Shown here in pieces: positions 1 through 14,425 of a DNA stretch of 64,000 nucleotides; the first letter of the stretch is position 1; each line of letters starts with the position of its first letter. The notes beneath the pieces were generated by a model. The model was not told the origin of the DNA. It searched no databases and saw only the letters and a program-made list of their open reading frames with translations. The position numbers were made by a program, and so were the translations under genes. Origin of the DNA: Mustelus asterias (Eukaryota); contig NC_135819.1 in NCBI RefSeq assembly GCF_964213995.1, positions 54,932,001 through 54,996,000 on the forward strand, in the 5' to 3' direction.

Positions 1-328
1 CTACTTACTGAACATTAAAAGTATGGGAGAACAGAACACCGAATATGGGAGTAAGCACACATGCACAGAGCTCTTTCCTTATTGGGTAATTCCTAGATCC
101 AAGGGGCACAGCCAGCGGTATTACTCAGGTTTTGCCAGTTGCCATTCACCCTCTATAACTACCAGTCTCAGACCAGTGGTGCAATGTAACTGTTTTCAAG
201 TTTCAGTAACAACAATAGGCCTCCATGCTGGTTGGCATAAATGTACTGAAAATAATGCAACATTTCCTGCATCACTGACATTTTTAAATTGCTGGTGTAG
301 CATTATTCTAATTATAAGTATACAAAGG

Positions 329-615
329 GGAGGCAATGGCCTAGTGGTATTGTCGCCAGACTATTAATCCAGAAACTCAGCTAACGTTCTGGTGATCCAC
401 ATTCGAATCCTGCCACATCAGATGGCCGATTGTCGGAAAAACCTATCTGATTCACCAATGTCCTTTGGGGAAGGAAATCTGCCATCCTAACCCGGTATGG
501 CCTACATGTGACTCCAGAACCACAGCAATGTGGTTGACTCTCAGCTGTCCTCGGGCAGCTAGGGATGGGCAATAAATGCTGGCCAGCCAGCGACGCCTAT
601 GTCCCATGAATGAAT
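329..615 (+). mobile_element. tRNA-derived SINE (family B)
   Basis: A-box-like TGGCCTAGTGG and B-box-like TTCGAATCC; 3' tail GGGATGGGCAATAAATGCTGGCC; homologous copies at 22665-23050 and 38855-39210. Confidence 0.75.
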
Positions 616-828
616 TTTTAAAAAAACATAATTTGCATTGTCTGCTGTGAAATACAAACATGAGCAAAAATAACAGAAGACCAGCTGCACCGCTTGAAAT
701 TTCTGCATCACATTTAAAGTTTGTCCGGAAGGAAATAATCAATGAAAGAAAACAGGAGAGCAGCTCAGAACTTCCCGTGACAATGTAAAAATAAACAGTA
801 ATTAACAACTTGATGAAAATAGCTGCAC

Positions 829-969
829 CTGCTTTATTAACTGCGGTACTTCATGGAAGTCAAACGCCCTGGCTCCATTTAGCAATGCCTGTTTGTCTAA
901 TGTTAAAAGTGATTCTCGACTCTGGCAAAGTTCTAACACCACAGCATCTGGTTGCACTTTCTGGATTAT
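829..969 (-). CDS. TRABD: TRABD-like (TraB-domain protein) internal exon, 141 nt, phase 0/0
   Basis: Acceptor ttttctcctag, GT donor; translates IIQKVQPDAVVLELCQSRESLLTLDKQALLNGARAFDFHEVPQLIKQ, aligning to recalled human TRABD TIREVQPDVVVVELCQYRVSMLKMDESTLLREAQELSLEKLQQAVRQ. Confidence 0.85.
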
Positions 970-1085
970 CTAGGAGAAAAAAAATATTCATACGTATCAG
1001 TTCAACAAGTAATGGCATATTGTGTTAAACAGACCACTCAAAATGAAGATTCGCATTCGTAATTGAATCCCGGCTATATTATTTA

Positions 1086-1410
1086 TAGAATCATAGGATT
1101 CCTACAGTGCTGAAGGAGGCCATTCAGCCTATTGAGTCTGCACCGACTCTTCAACAGAGCAACCAGGCCCAACCCAGATCCTACCCCCATAACCCCACGC
1201 AGTTACCCCACTAATCCTCCTAAACTACACATCTTGGGACACTAAGAGGCAATTTGGCATGGTCAATCCACGTAATCTGCACACCTTTGGACTGTGGGAG
1301 GAAACCAGAGCACGCGGAGCAAACCCATGCAGAGACGCAAGGCCGGAATTGAACGCGGGTCCCTGGTGCTGAGAGGCAGTAGTGCTAATCATTGTGCCAC
1401 TGTGCCGCCC
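1086..1410 (-). mobile_element. HE1-type (V-domain) tRNA SINE
   Basis: Reverse of GGCGGCACAGTGGCACAATG head, CTCTGGTTTCCTCCCACAGTCCAAAG core and CTATGA-repeat tail. Confidence 0.85.
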
Positions 1411-4059
1411 TATTCAGCTAAATTATTCTTTTTCTTGAAGTTTACAAAGAAATGTTGGGTTGAGTACATACAGAACATTTCAGCAGCATTTCATAAAGAC
1501 TTATTAATGAGTTTGTCAGAAGTTTAGGTTTTTGTCTAACAGATTCTCTCAGATACAGCAGTGTTGGTTCTTTCTATAAGAGGGCCTAAGACAGTTATAT
1601 CCAAATCTTTGCCCATACTGCCCAATATCTAACCATACAAACCACTAATCTAGTGGTGTAATCTATAAATCCCTATGGTCTGAACTAGTGTGTGTCCCTT
1701 TTTGCACATTGGCTCCTCCAATATTTTTGAAGGCAGTCTTGAGAAATCAGTTGATAAGAAAAGGTCAGGTGCAAATTGTTCAGCTGTTTTCTTTCAAAGC
1801 AAATCAATGTGTCAGATCCATTTTGTTGAATCAGTACAATTCGTCCTCACTTAACAATATAAAATAATTAATATGCCACACTGCTCTCCATCAGCGAGCC
1901 ATCTGATTTGAAGTGAATAGAGTAACTATTAATAATCTTCTTGAATTCTCATTCTGAGCCTGGTCAAAACTTGACCTCATCACTGTCTTTCTACAACCCG
2001 ACCAAATTTGCTGGATCCGATTAATTGCCTTTGTCTCTACTATTTATCTCATTCAGTACACAGCCAGCAATGTTATGTTGTGCTATTTATTATTTGCTTC
2101 CCTGAAATGGGAATGTATACTATCTTACACAACTCATGGTTAAAATCCATCTGCCACTCCAAACTCCATCTGCTTAACAGTTCTCATGGAATGCTAGTAA
2201 AGCTATTCTTGCTCATCATCGGAAGATGCAGATATATGTTGACAGGAAGTTTTATGTTAGGTCAACATAACCCCATAAAAAGAAATCCAAAACTTTATCC
2301 TTCTGTCATTTAAAAAAAAGACTTTCTGCTAAACCAGAAAGATGGCTGCTACAAGTCACATGATAACAGGCTTGGCCCTTTGTTGTGGAAGCTTCTGACA
2401 GCAATTAAAAGAACACTAGAATTCCTCTCCAGCCTGCGAAATCTTACACTTCATTGTACACACCCCTTGTAAACAGCAAAAGCAGAGGAAGTGAAGACAA
2501 ACCGGTTCCCCAACTTGAACTTGAGAGAGATCGGAACACGCTATACGAGAAGAAATGCTAATAGCCACCTCATCTTTCACCTAAGGTGGGATTTGCAATT
2601 CTGGCCAGAAGAACAGAAACTGATTGTTAATTAACCAATAATGGGCCATGTCACATGACTGAAGCCTCTGGACTTTTGGACAGTTTTAACATTACTTATT
2701 TAGCCTCACACGCAGTCTGCTGTTTGACATTCAACTGGTAAACACCATCTTTGGCCTCACGGTCTGCTGTTTAACATCTGAACACCAAGAAGCAGAACTC
2801 TGGGCTGAACAATAGCTTGCTCCTCGAAGCCAATCTCTGCTGGAAGATTTCTTACCATCGCCTGCTGAACTGACCCAGTCTGTGTGCACCAATTTCAGCT
2901 TGCAGTATCAACACCAACTATAAAGCGAACTTTACAGCTTGGGTCCTCAGCCAGCTGAACTCCTTTGTGAAAGAACATCTCATTGGAATCTGAGTCTGGA
3001 CCCTGGAAATCATGTGAACTAACATTCATTTCTGTGGATCTTGTCCTGTTACTATCAATGGTTGTTCTATCCTCCTCTTACTCTGGGCGGGATCCTGAGA
3101 ACACATTCACATCCACGGGAATGATGGCATACGCTCAAAATGCAGAGGGTTCGGAAAGGCGTGATTCTCGCCACCGAGATCGGGTTTTCCAATTTTGAGC
3201 TACCTCGCCAGTGGAGTGACATGGAGTAGGGCGGGGAAGGGCACAAACCTAATTTAAATGCATCAACATATCATTAGCGAGCACCCACTCTGGATATTGA
3301 GGCCGCATCAAACATTCAGCTGGTGCCAGCGTGATGTCATGTCGGTGCCATTTACAACAGCTCTACATAGACGTGAACCGAACACCGTCACGTCCGAGGG
3401 GAATGTCGAGGTGAGCGCACAGGAGGCCATTATTTCTCAGGTAAGTCCAACATGCAAGAGGCACCAGGGAGAATGCTGTGGATGCACACAAGTGCAGCTC
3501 AAGGCCAGGGGTAAGGGTCACTGTCACCATCGGGGGGGGGGGGGCGTTGGCGGAGAGGGTTTGTGTGGGTTACTGTTCAAACAGTAGCTGAGTGGGTGCC
3601 ACAACAGAGGGGCAGTACTGCATCTATGAGGTTCTGGGGTCCTTCTTTGGGAGAGGCTAGGCAGCTTGGGCAGGGTGGGAGTCGCAGTGCTGGGGAGCTA
3701 CCCTCCTTCATGAGACATAAAGACCCTGTCCTCCATTGGGTGGGGGGGGGGGGCAGAGGGGTAGCGCCTTCCATGAATGGGGTCTCGGGAAGGGTGGGTA
3801 GGGTTGGCAGGGGGTTGGGCAGGAGGCAGAGGGGTGTAGTTGCCTGCAGCAAGGCTTCGTTATCCTGTTCTCAGTGCAGGAGAGGCATAGCACAACCATT
3901 AGTGACAGAAAAAGTTTTAACCAGGTCATCTCAGCCTTAATAAATCCATTAAGTTAACTTTTTGGTAGCAACAGGCTAAATGGATTTGATCTGCATCAGA
4001 AGTTGATAGTACTGACACAACATGAAGGCATTATTTTACAACTTTTAGAGATGCACCAT

Positions 4060-4535
4060 AGAAAGCATTCTTTCTGGTTGTGTCACAGCTTGATATGGCT
4101 TCTGCTCTGTCCAAGACCGCAAGGGACTACAAAAGGTTATGAATGGAGCCCAATCCATCACGCAAACCAGCCTCCCATCCATTGACTCTGTCTACACTTC
4201 CCGCTGCCTCGGCAAAGCAGCCAGCATAATTAAGGACCCCACGCACCCCGGACATTCTCTCTTCTACCTTCTTCCTTCGGGGAAAAGATGCAAAAGTCTG
4301 AGGTCACGTACCAACCGACTCAAGAACAGCTTCTTCCCTGCTGCTGTCAGACTTTTGAATGGACTTACCTTGCATTAAGTTGATCTTTCTCTACACCCTA
4401 GCTATGACTAATACTATATTCTGCACTCTCTCGTTTCCTTCTCTATGAACGGTATGTTTTGTCTGTTTAGCGCGCAAGAAACAATACTTTTCACTGTTTG
4501 TTCATACATGTAACAATAATAAATCAAATCAAATA
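4060..4535 (+). mobile_element. Rex/Babar-type LINE 3' fragment
   Basis: ORF remnant RCLGKAASIIKDPTHPGHSLFYLLPSGKR..RTNRLKNSFFPAAVRLLN; AAATC-repeat tail; second copy at 12955. Confidence 0.8.
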
Positions 4536-4685
4536 TTTTAGAAAAAACACAGTAAATAAATGTATTTCTTTTATAATTAATTCATTCAGGAACTATTGGC
4601 ATTAGCCAATTAGCCATAGTTTGTTCTCTAATAGTGACAATGTTGTGATTAGCAAGATAATTTGCAGTTAAAAATGTTTTTACAT

Positions 4686-5016
4686 TGATGCGCGATATAA
4701 CTCACGAGGCTAGAGGTACTCGGGGAAATAAAGGCTTTTATTGACTACAACAATAGAGCTACCATATATAATACACGATCCCAGACTAAAGGGTCCCAGA
4801 CAGAGCAGTGACCTTTATACCTCTCCCAGGAGGCGGAGCCCGACTGGGATGTACCATAAGAACTATATTACAGGTAGAACAGCCCAACCCTAACTCCAAC
4901 AGTAACATGTAGAACAGCCCAACCCTAACCCCAACAGTAACATATATACAGACTCATAGTACTGGCCAGACCCTGGCTCAGCACTACCTGGTGGGAACCA
5001 ACAATGGTTCACCACA
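4686..5016. mobile_element. Solo LTR with internal 2x ~35-bp tandem repeat
   Basis: TG...CA termini with perfect 5-bp TSD TACAT (4681-4685 / 5017-5021); tandem TAGAACAGCCCAACCCTAAC at ~4875-4943. Confidence 0.75.
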
Positions 5017-5089
5017 TACATGTAATACTTTTCATGATTGTGAAAGCTGATAGTAGGAAACACTTAACAAAGTGCTATGTATAAGATGC

Positions 5090-5430
5090 ATTTCAGGGAC
5101 TCAGCAAAGGTCCTTCAACAGCACCTTCCAAACCCACCCCCTCTACAACCTAGAAGGACAAGGGCAGAAAATGCATGGGGCATCATCATCTCGAAGTTCC
5201 TCTCCAAGTCACACGCCATTCTGACTTGGAAATATATCACCATTCCTTTACTGTCCTTGAGTCAAAATTCTGAAAATCCCTCCCTAACAGCACTGTGGAT
5301 GTATCTATGACACATAGACTGCAGCGGTTCAAGAAGGCAGCTCACCACCACCTTCTTGTGGGTAATTAGGGATGGCCAATAAATGCTGGCCTAGCCAGGA
5401 TTGCCCACATCCCATGAATGAATTAATAAA
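5090..5430 (+). mobile_element. Non-LTR retroelement 3' fragment sharing its tail with SINE family B
   Basis: GGTTCAAGAAGGCAGCTCACCACCACC...CAATAAATGCTGGCC tail; similar copy at ~60350-60660. Confidence 0.6.
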
Positions 5431-5757
5431 AGAAATAGTAGTTCATCACATGAAAAGAATTTTGTTTGTTGCAGTTCATGACAAGTACTTATCTTTATAT
5501 CATAACTAATGCAGAAAAACTGCAGGGCAACAATATACCTGGAAACTCCCCCTCACGTATCAAAGCATAAAAACAGTGATGTTGAACAAAAGTCAATAAT
5601 GACTCAACAATAGGAGCTCATTTGTCCACAATGCTGCACTATCATCGAAACATGAATTGTAAGTGAACATGAATATGATTTCTTTCACTTTTGATTAATG
5701 TTTCTTTTAAATTTGCTGCAGATCTTGTCTGCAAGTCTTATGTCATGTTTATTTTAC

Positions 5758-5921
5758 CTCTCGTACATCTTGTATGCTTTGCTTACTGAAGTGAATGGTG
5801 CCAACCAGGTAGACTTTGCAACCATCTTCAGTGACGAGTTCCTTTACAATGCTTTTTAGGTTCGGCATCTTCTGTCGCTTTGCAATCTTTCCACCCATAG
5901 TTCTATAAACTTCTTCATAAG
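5758..5921 (-). CDS. TRABD: TRABD-like internal exon, 164 nt, phase 1/0
   Basis: Acceptor taccttcag, donor GAG|GTAAAA; translates YEEVYRTMGGKIAKRQKMPNLKSIVKELVTEDGCKVYLVGTIHFSKQSIQDVRE vs recalled human RRQRPNLPRTVTQLVAEDGSRVYVVGTAHFSDDSKRDVVK; splices in frame to 829-969. Confidence 0.88.
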
Positions 5922-6464
5922 CTGAAGGTAAATATATGTAAATAACTTACAATTTCCAAAATAAGGGGGTGCTGTATAATGTCTGCTCTTTAACATGGGT
6001 GAAGTCAAAAGATTAACTAGATTATTCGTAAATATCCAATTATTGCTAATCATTCATAACTTGTGAACAAGTTAATAATGCTAAACAGTTGACATTTTCA
6101 CCAATGTTCTGATCCTCCGTAGCACTAGTACCACACTGTAATGTCTGCAGTGTGAATATATTATCCGTGATTCTGTTGTGAAATGCAAAATTTAGGACTG
6201 AGAAAGCTCTTAGATTAGTTAGGACTTCACCTGTGCACTAGTGATCACAAAATGGGATCATCTTTAAAGAGAGCAGTAAGAGAGAGCTTACGAGGCATTA
6301 TAAAATAAGGATTATAAAAGTGGAATCCTCGTGATGAAAAATATGTCAGACAAATGTTTTATTAGTTATTTATGAACATGGAGCATAACAACTTGAATCA
6401 CTGCACAAGCACATCAGATCACTTGCACGTGCCATAGTCAGGGTGGAAATAGATGTATTAGACA

Positions 6465-7240
6465 GAACAGTACAGCACAGGAACAGGCCCTTTGGCCCAC
6501 AATGTTGTGCTGAACATGATGCCAAATTAAACTAATTCTGTTTTGCCTGCCCTTGGTCCATATCTCTCTATTGCTTGCATAACATGGCATCCCATGAGTT
6601 CAGAAGGAGGCCATTCGGCCATCGAGTCTGCAGCAACCACAATCCGACCCAGGCCCTATCCCCTTAGCCCCACATATTTACCCTGCTAATCCCCCTGATA
6701 CCAGGGTCAATTTAGCACGGCCAATCAACCTAACCTGCACATCTTTGGATTGTGGGAGGAAACTGGAGTACCCGGAGGAAACCCACGCAGTCACTGGGAG
6801 AGTGTGCAAACTCCACACAGACAGTGACCTGAGGCTAGAAGTGAACACGGGTCCCTGGCGCTGTGAAGCAGCAGTGCTAACTACTGTGCCACCATGCTGC
6901 CCCGCTTTTCAAAAAGCCCCTTAAACACTCCTATCCTATTTGCCTGCACCACCACCCCTGGCAGCATGTTCCAGACACCAACCACTCTCTGTAAAAACTT
7001 GCCCCTCACATCTCCTTTGAACTTTCCCCCTCCCATCTTAAGTGCATGCCCCCTAGCATTAGACTAGGAAAAAGTTTCTGACTATCAATCCTATCTATGC
7101 CTCTCATAATTTTATAGAGTTCTAGCAGGTCTCCCTTCAGCATCTGCTGCTCCAGAGAAAACAACTCTAGTTTGTCCAGCCTCTCCATATAGCTCACACC
7201 CTCCAATCTAGGCACCATCCTGGTAAACCTCTCCTGCACC
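6465..7240 (-). mobile_element. CR1/HER1 LINE 3' fragment interrupted by an HE1 SINE (~6595-6905)
   Basis: ORF remnant VQERFTRMVPRLEGVSYMERLDKLELFSLE; SINE core inside. Confidence 0.8.
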
Positions 7241-7548
7241 ATATGCTTCCTGTAATACTGTCTCAATGATCTGGCTCTGCTTTTCACTTTTATGTTGTTT
7301 GCTTTTCCAAGGTCTATCCTTCCCTACAATAAAAACAGAAAATGCTGGAAAATCTCAGCAGGTCTGACAATATCTGTGGAGAGAGAACAGAGCCAACATT
7401 TCGAGTCAGTATTTTGCTTTTATTATCCTTCCCTGACTCCCTCTCTCATTCACTCTGAAAGAATGGCTTGCCAAACATTTTTCAGTGAAATGATCTCTCC
7501 TTTAATTTGCCATCCACGTTTGTGATGATTTAAATTAATGCTAACAAA

Positions 7549-8822
<1,274 letters not shown>

Positions 8823-9319
8823 AAAGAATTAAACTAAAAAGCAAAGTGCCGAGGATGGTGGAAATCTGAAATAAAAACAGAAAATGCTGGAAAGGTTCAG
8901 CAGATTTGGCAACATCTATGGAGAGAGAAATAGAGTTAATGCTTTGAGTTGAATATGACTGGAAATCTGGAAATGGAATTAAAGAATTAAAGTGATAATT
9001 TTGTTTTTAAGTGATCACAGCAATGTTGCATAAAGGGATAGGTAGCAGCAAATAGTGGAATTCACAGTCATTCTCTCACAATATGAACTTTCAAAACTGA
9101 CAAAAGTGACAAAATTAGCTGTGAATTAATAGGACTTTCCAATGAGTGATTTTAATGAGTTCCGCCATTCATCCAAAGAGCTTACCACAGTTGCACACAC
9201 ATGATATAGCTACTGTCTTGTGCTGTTTATGACAGAGAAAACGTAATTAAATTTAATCCCACCTTTGGAATTTGTTGAGAGTTTATATTAAGGCATAGAA
9301 ATAATTAAGTCTATCTTTC

Positions 9320-9640
9320 ATAGATCATAGAATCCTACAGTGCAGAAGGAGGCCAGTCGGTCCATCGAGTCTGCACCAACCACAATCCCACCCAGTCCCT
9401 ATCCCCATAACCCCATGCATTTACCCTAGCTAGTCCCCCAGATACTAAGGGGCAATTTAGCATGGCCAATCCACCTAACCCACACATTTTTCGGCTGTGG
9501 GAAGAAACTGGAGCACCCGGAGGAAAGCCATGCAGACACGGGAAGAAAGTGCAAACACAGACAGTGATCAGAGTGGGGAATCGAACACAGGTCCCTGGCA
9601 TTGTGAAGCAGCAGTGCTAACCACTGTGCCACCGTGCCGC
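9320..9640 (-). mobile_element. HE1-type SINE
   Basis: Same head, core and tail as other copies. Confidence 0.85.
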
Positions 9641-9729
9641 TTTCTTTCCTTCTAATATATAGTATCAGCTAGACCCATGTTCCCTCCCAATTCCTTATAG
9701 TCCTTCAAATTATTTTCTCTTCAGATATA

Positions 9730-10700
9730 CAATTTCCTTATTAAAACCATGGTTGAATCTGCCTCCACCAGACACTCCTGCAGTGCATTCCAGACCCTAA
9801 CCACTCGCTGTGTGAAAAAAGCTTTTCTTCATATTGATTTTTGCCATTTACCTCAAATCTGTATCCTCTGGTTCTCAAACCTTCTGCCAATGTAAGTAAT
9901 TTCTCCCGATGTACTCTGTATCGGCCCCTCATGATTTTGAGAACTGCCACCAAATTTCCTCTCAACTTTCTCATCTTTAAGGAGGACAACCCCAGCCTCT
10001 CCAGTCCATCCACGTGACTGATCTGATGTTGTTCATCCCTGCAACCAATCTCATGAATCATTTCTGCACTCACTCTCTCAAGCCTTCACATCCTTCCTGA
10101 CCCCTTGTACCCAGGACTGAACACAACGGGCAGGATTCTCAGATCTCATCCATACCCGCCCCGTTGCCAGCGAGAATGGAGAATCTGGTGCTCAGCCAAA
10201 ACTCCATTCTCTGCAGCAGCACTGGAGAATCCTAGCTGTGGATTAAGTCAGAGGTTTTTGGCAAATATTTCCAATTGAGACCAAACCTGTGTTTTGGAAA
10301 GGTTCCCCACGACTTCCTTGATTTCCTACATTAAGCACAGGATTGAATATGTCTTTTAAATTGCATTCCCAACCTGCCTTTTCCACCTTCAACAATTTGT
10401 GCACACATATCCACAAGTCTCCCATTGTTCCATTCCCTTTGGGATTGTATCTTTTATTTTACATTGCTACTCTTCATTCTTCCATTCAAAGTGTATCACT
10501 TAACATTGCTCTGCATTCATTTTCATCTGCCTGGTGTCCTCCCATTCCACCAGCCTGGTTATGTCTTACTGAAGTCCATTATGATGTTCCTCACTGTTCA
10601 GGATACTTCCAAGTTTTGTGTCACCTGAAAGTTTTGAAATTGTACCCAGAATGCAGGTCATGAACATATATCAAGAAAAGCAGTGATCCTAGTACTAGCC
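9730..10700 (-). mobile_element. Degraded CR1 LINE fragments
   Basis: RLGLSSLKMRKLRGNLVAVLKIMRG...LRTRGYRFEV remnant. Confidence 0.65.
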
Positions 10701-10944
10701 CCTGTCGATTTAGTTTGTGGAGGCATAGCTTATACAAAACTTACATAAGTTCCTCCAATCATAATTCAGCGCCTGTCCAGCATTCGCCTGTAAAAACAAA
10801 TACATGTGTATTTATATTAATATTAAACAACTATGCTTACATGTTCATCATCAATGGCCCAAAGATTCATGTAATTTTCTCATCCCAATGCTTAGAGAAC
10901 ACACATCGGGAGGCCCAAAGTAGAGGCATGCAGGCCCACAATTT

Positions 10945-11222
10945 AAAGTTTATTTATTAGTCACAAGTAAGGCTTACATTAACACTGCAATGAAGTTACT
11001 GTGAGATTCCCCTAGTCGCCACAGTCCGGCGCCTGTTCAGGTCAATGCACCTAACCAGCAGTCTTTCAGAATGTGGGAGGAAACCGGAGCACCCGAAGGA
11101 AACACACGCAGACGCGGGGAGAATGTACAAACTCCACACAGACAGTGACCCAAGCCGGGAATCGAACCTGGGTCCCTGGCGCTATGAAGCAGCAGTGCTA
11201 ACCACTGTGCTACTGTGCCGCC
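10945..11222 (-). mobile_element. HE1-headed SINE with alternative 3' tail
   Basis: HE1 head and core, but tail ends ...GTGACTAATAAATAAAC instead of CTATGA repeats. Confidence 0.8.
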
Positions 11223-12954
11223 AATTTTTAAACTTACCTTTCAATTCCTAATAGATACCATTTTCCCCAGGGTGCAAAATGTGGCTGCTCACAGCCTGGG
11301 GCCCACATAAAGTAATGCCAGAGTCTCAATTTAAATGTTTGCTGCAAATTCAATTTTTCCTGACACTGGTGGAAGTGGATTCCTGAATGATGTGGGAACC
11401 ATACTAGGTAAGTTGGGGGAAGCCTGCCATAGCATTGTGAACCCCTTGACAGATAAGTTTAAAAGGTTTTGCCAACTTCATATGTGATAATGGTGTGTTG
11501 ATGTTTTAGGAATGTTTTCGATGGAATGATTGACCAGAGGTCTCTATCCATAAAAGAAAAATGTCAATTAAATTGATGAGTATTGTGCAACTGTTTGCAT
11601 GCATTATGGTCCTTCATCCAGTGGATACGGTCCTCTTCTGCATTCAACTACATTAAAAATGTGATGTAAATGGGTCATCTGGTAAATTCAGCACAATTGC
11701 TTAATCTCCAAAATTCCATTCAAACTTGGTAGAACTGAACAGTTGCAAGACTTCTCTGATTGAAACTCCATTGCCCTTTAAAAATAATGGAGCAGATGAG
11801 TGAAAGTCTGGTCAGGCAACTTCAAGGAGTCTGTTGTACTGAACTCTGCATAAAGTAATCTCATTATTATTGCTTGGCAGAGTTCCAACTTCCACTAATG
11901 GATCTGTCTCAATGGGAGTTGTTTACACGGCTATGAGAGGATTGTGTGCCTTGTTTGAGTGACAATTTTATGAGGAGGAAATAGTATAAATGTTTTCTTA
12001 TGCCTTTTATAACAGCCTTCTCCACTAGTTCTGACATCTTCAAGGGCTGCCTTTGGTGTCCTTCTTACACCCTTTGTGGAAATGTTTCTACTCTGTACTT
12101 GAACTATCACCCCATTCAAGAGCCATTTTGCTTAGTTACTATCAATCTTTTTATTCCAACGCTCCTTGAATCTGAACCCCTCCCTCCTACACCATTGGTC
12201 GAGCCACATGGTAAACTATTTTATCACACATCTTCTACATTCACAGACAAACAGTACTCAAATTATTACAGGGATTACTATCTTTGAAGTCTTTCTCTTT
12301 TACTCCATCTGAAGGGCTTCAACCCTTTACAGGCTTTACCCCAGCTCCAGGGAGGCAACACACAAAGCAAGATAGATGTCAGCAGTTGCAGAAACAGCCG
12401 GCTATCCCGTAACTATTGCATCCCCAATGAATGCTGCATTTCTGCTCTTTGTTGTGCTCCTGTGTGGTCATTTACCCCAAAGTTGTGCTCTAAACTACAC
12501 TCATCGCCCTGACTGGATATTCAGCACTGAAAACTGGTTCAAGGATGTCACATTCCCAAAAGATTCTTGCGTGCCATGTTTCCACATTCCTTGCTAAATG
12601 GTCACCCACCCACTATCCTCCTGAAATCTCCGTTGCTGCAGTATACCAATCTCCGACATTCCGGGAACTTACACCCAAAGAAATTCTCGGTCTTCCTTAT
12701 GCAGTGCAGCAGCGCTTTTTAATTCATTCTCAGGGTGCAGGCATCGCTGGCTGGGCCAGCATTTATCGTCTATCTGAAATTGCCCTTGAGAAGTGGTGGT
12801 GAGCTGCCTTCTTGAACCGCTGCAGTCTATTCTGCTGCTCAAGCGCAGAATCCCTGAATTTGAGTTTGAGCAACTGGAGGGATGAAGCATCCTGCAGTTC
12901 CCACTAAGGCATTGGCATTGAAAGCAATAGCTCTCAGCTCTCCCTACAGTATGC

Positions 12955-13452
12955 CTACATAGAAAGCATTCTTTCCAGATACATCACAGCTTGATATGAC
13001 TCCTGCTCCGACCAAAACCACAAGAAACTACAAAGGGTTGTGAACATAGCCCAGTCCATCATGCAAACCAGTCTCCCATCCACTGACTCCATATACACTT
13101 CCCGCTGCCTCGGAAAAGCAGCCAACGTAATCAAGGATCCCACGCACCATGGACATACTCTCTTCCACCTTCTTCCATTGGGAAAAAGATATAAAAGTCT
13201 GAGATCACATACTAACTGCCTCAAGAACAGCTTCCCTGCTGCCATCAGACTTTTGAATGCCTTTTGAATCCCTTATATTAAGCTGATCTTTCTCTACACC
13301 CTAACTAAGGCTGTAACATTATATTCTGCACCCTCTCCTTTCCTTCTCCCCTATATACTCTATCAAAAGTATGTCTTGTCTGTATAGCGCACAAGAAACA
13401 ATACTTTTTACAGTATCTCAATATATGTGGCAATAATAAATCAAATCAAATA
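12955..13452 (+). mobile_element. Rex/Babar-type LINE 3' fragment
   Basis: Homologous to 4060-4535. Confidence 0.8.
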
Positions 13453-13964
13453 TTTATGTCTTTAGTTTATTATTGCTTTATTCCTATTTCTTATTTATTT
13501 ATTATTTATGTCTGCCAGATTTTATATGATTTAATTCAGATCCCTTCAATGTTGGTAACTTCTATTTTGTGAATTTAATTTTATCCGATTGAATCTGATT
13601 AATTATTTGGGTTCGTTTTTATATTTACTCTGTTGTCCTTTGCTTTAATTATTTAGCATCCCCTTTCCCCCTTGGCACCAAATTCCCATCTTCACTTAGT
13701 TCAGCGAGCTGGCTTGTTCAGCAGATTCACCCAACTCTCACCAAGTCCTGTGCTTAAACCTCCTGTTCTCGGAATTTTGTTTTTAGTCACTTTTATTTAG
13801 AAGGAAGTTTTTAGTATTGTCTGTCTTTCATTGCAATGCAATCACATGATAAACAATAACTCACAATATCCACAGAGATGTTGGTTTCACATTCAGATCC
13901 AGTTAAAATTCTGGGTAATTTAAGGTACTTCCCTGAACAAACCTATTCTGGATTCATAGATCCC

Positions 13965-14110
13965 AGTAAGAGTTTTAACAACACCAGGTTAAAGTCCAAC
14001 AGGTTTATTCGGTAGCAAATACCATTAGCTTTCAGAGCGCTGCTCCTTCATCAGATGGTGTTGTTAAAACTCTTACTGTGTTCACCCCAGTCCAACGCCG
14101 GCATCTCCAC
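13965..14110. mobile_element. Mini Penelope pseudo-LTR insertion with inverted end
   Basis: Matches the pLTR of 33146-34020; TSD TTCATAGATCCC; inverted repeat AGTAAGAGTTTTAACAACACCA. Confidence 0.75.
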
Positions 14111-14112
14111 TT

Positions 14113-14425
14113 CATAGATCCCTACAGTGCAGAAGGAGGCCATTCGGCCCATTGAGCCTGCACTGACAACAATCCCACCCAGGCCCTATACCCTTAACCC
14201 CATGTATTTACCCTGCTAGTCCTCTGATGCTAAGGGGCAATTTATCATGACCAATCAATCTAACCTGCACATCTTTGGACTGTGGGAGGAAATCAGAACA
14301 CCCGAAGGAAACCCACGCAGACACAGGGAGAATGTTCAAATTCCACCCAGAAAGTCACCCAAGGCTGGAATTGAACCCGGGTCCCTGGCGCTGTGAGGCA
14401 GCAGTACTAACCACTGTGCCGCCCC
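14113..14425 (-). mobile_element. HE1-type SINE
   Basis: Family consensus match. Confidence 0.85.

Noticed and set aside
2255-3060. Possible solo LTR with short internal repeats
   Set aside because: Could not define termini or TSD
3084-3940. GC-rich ORFs
   Set aside because: Probably a DNA-transposon-like repeat with G-runs; similar remnants near 34685, 37300-38155 and 40345
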